Shown: in pieces, positions 63,056 to 64,000 of the stretch | Numbering within the stretch: the stretch's first letter is position 1 | Layout of the letters: the number at the start of each line of letters is the position of its first letter | Assembly (NCBI GenBank): GCA_965222375.1 | Contig: CBDCTZ010000016.1 | Location: 2,752,001 to 2,816,000 of the forward strand | DNA from: Polyangiaceae bacterium | GTDB lineage: Bacteria > Myxococcota_A > Polyangia > Polyangiales > Polyangiaceae | Length of the DNA stretch: 64,000 nucleotides | Direction: 5' to 3' | Program-made: the position numbers and the translations under genes | Notes under the pieces: model-generated | What the model saw: the letters and a program-made list of their open reading frames with translations, nothing else | Database searches by the model: none | Told to the model about the DNA's origin: nothing

Positions 63056-63115
63056 GGGCGTCAGTATAGTGCGCGGGTAGGGCCGGTACGCCAGCAAGTG
63101 TTGCGGCGACTCCGT

Positions 63116-64000
63116 TCAGCGCAGACCGACGACGGAGCCGTCGTCGCCCAAATCCAGATGCTTTGCAGCAGGGTTTCCACGCAAACCCGGCATCGTGCGC
63201 TGCTTTCCGGCCAGCGCATAGACGAAGCCGGCGCCGGCCGAGAGCCGCACGTCCCGGATCGGAAACACGTAATCTCGAGGTCGGCCCAGCAGTTTGGGGT
63301 CGTGGGACAGTGACGCCTGTGTTTTGGCCATGCAAACGGGCAGGTCCCCGTAGCCCAAAGAGGTGTAGCGCTCGAGTGAGTCCTTTGCCTCTGAAGATAG
63401 CTCTACGTCTTTCGCGCCATAGATGCGCGTAGCCAGAGTGTGCAGCTTCTCTTCCAGGCTTTGGGAGAGTTCGTACAGCATGCGAAACTGGTTTTCCTCT
63501 TTTGCCGCCGCAAGGACAGCTTCTGCCATTTCCAGCCCGCCGTCGGCACCTTTGGAGAACACTTCGCTCACGACGGCACCGCGAGCACCCCGGTCCAAGG
63601 CCATGCTGCGCACAGCCGCGACCTCCTCGTCCGAATCCTCGGGGAATCGGTTGATCGTCACCACCACAGGTAGCCCGAACGCTCGGAGGAGGTCGATATG
63701 CGCCTCCAAGTTCGCCGCGCCGGCCTTCAGCGCTTCTGGATTGGGTTCGGACAAGGCTGCGGGCAACGCCTTGCCCGGCTTCACATCGAACTGCCCGCTG
63801 TGGAGCTTGAGGGCGCGAAGCGTGCAGACCAAGACGGCGACGTCCGGCGAGAGACCGGACTGCCGACACTTGATGTGGAACAGTTTTTCGGCGCCCATGT
63901 CCGAGCCAAACCCTCCCTCGGTGACCACGACTTGCCCCACGTCGTTTGCGATCAAGTCCGAAATGACTGAGCAATTGCCATGGGCGATGTTGGCGAAGGG
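63116..64000 (-). CDS. fhs: Formate--tetrahydrofolate ligase (3' part; runs off the window)
   Basis: PFANIAHGN, TEGGFGSDMGAEK, PVCMAKTQ, SAGAGF, TMPGL. Confidence 0.95.
   Translation of the reverse strand, partial: PFANIAHGNCSVISDLIANDVGQVVVTEGGFGSDMGAEKLFHIKCRQSGLSPDVAVLVCTLRALKLHSGQFDVKPGKALPAALSEPNPEALKAGAANLEAHIDLLRAFGLPVVVTINRFPEDSDEEVAAVRSMALDRGARGAVVSEVFSKGADGGLEMAEAVLAAAKEENQFRMLYELSQSLEEKLHTLATRIYGAKDVELSSEAKDSLERYTSLGYGDLPVCMAKTQASLSHDPKLLGRPRDYVFPIRDVRLSAGAGFVYALAGKQRTMPGLRGNPAAKHLDLGDDGSVVGLR

Overview
High-GC bacterial chromosomal window, most consistent with a Myxococcota (Polyangiales-like) genome. The inference rests on many Gly/Ser-linker Cys-rich lipoproteins, VWA lipoproteins, a membrane Hanks-type kinase and an ECF sigma/anti-sigma unit. 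About 45 CDS were found; no rRNA, tRNA or CRISPR array was seen. Main observations: (1) A 2-hydroxyacyl-CoA dehydratase-type gene (9229-11118) and its BadF/BadG/BcrA/BcrD-type activator (49211-52876) lie about 38 kb apart. Each has a homologous 45-bp promoter with the same TGAC-N6-GTCA operator 33 nt from the ATG, plus a second upstream operator. (2) An NfnA-NfnB fusion carries an extra Cys-rich and rubrerythrin-like tail. (3) A lipoprotein fuses an FGE/SUMF1 domain to a Fam20C/PI4K-like kinase domain. (4) A complete 3212-bp IS21 element with a 6-bp target duplication (CGTTCT) is inserted just after codon 4 of a BPTI/Kunitz lipoprotein gene. Its end supplies an in-frame TTG, and it carries two overlapping passenger ORFs. 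(5) A nitrate-reductase-like Mo enzyme has altered active-site residues, and there is a NarM-like/degenerate-MoaC fusion. (6) Several genes have internal deletions or frameshifts. All family calls come from motifs recognised by eye, not database searches.
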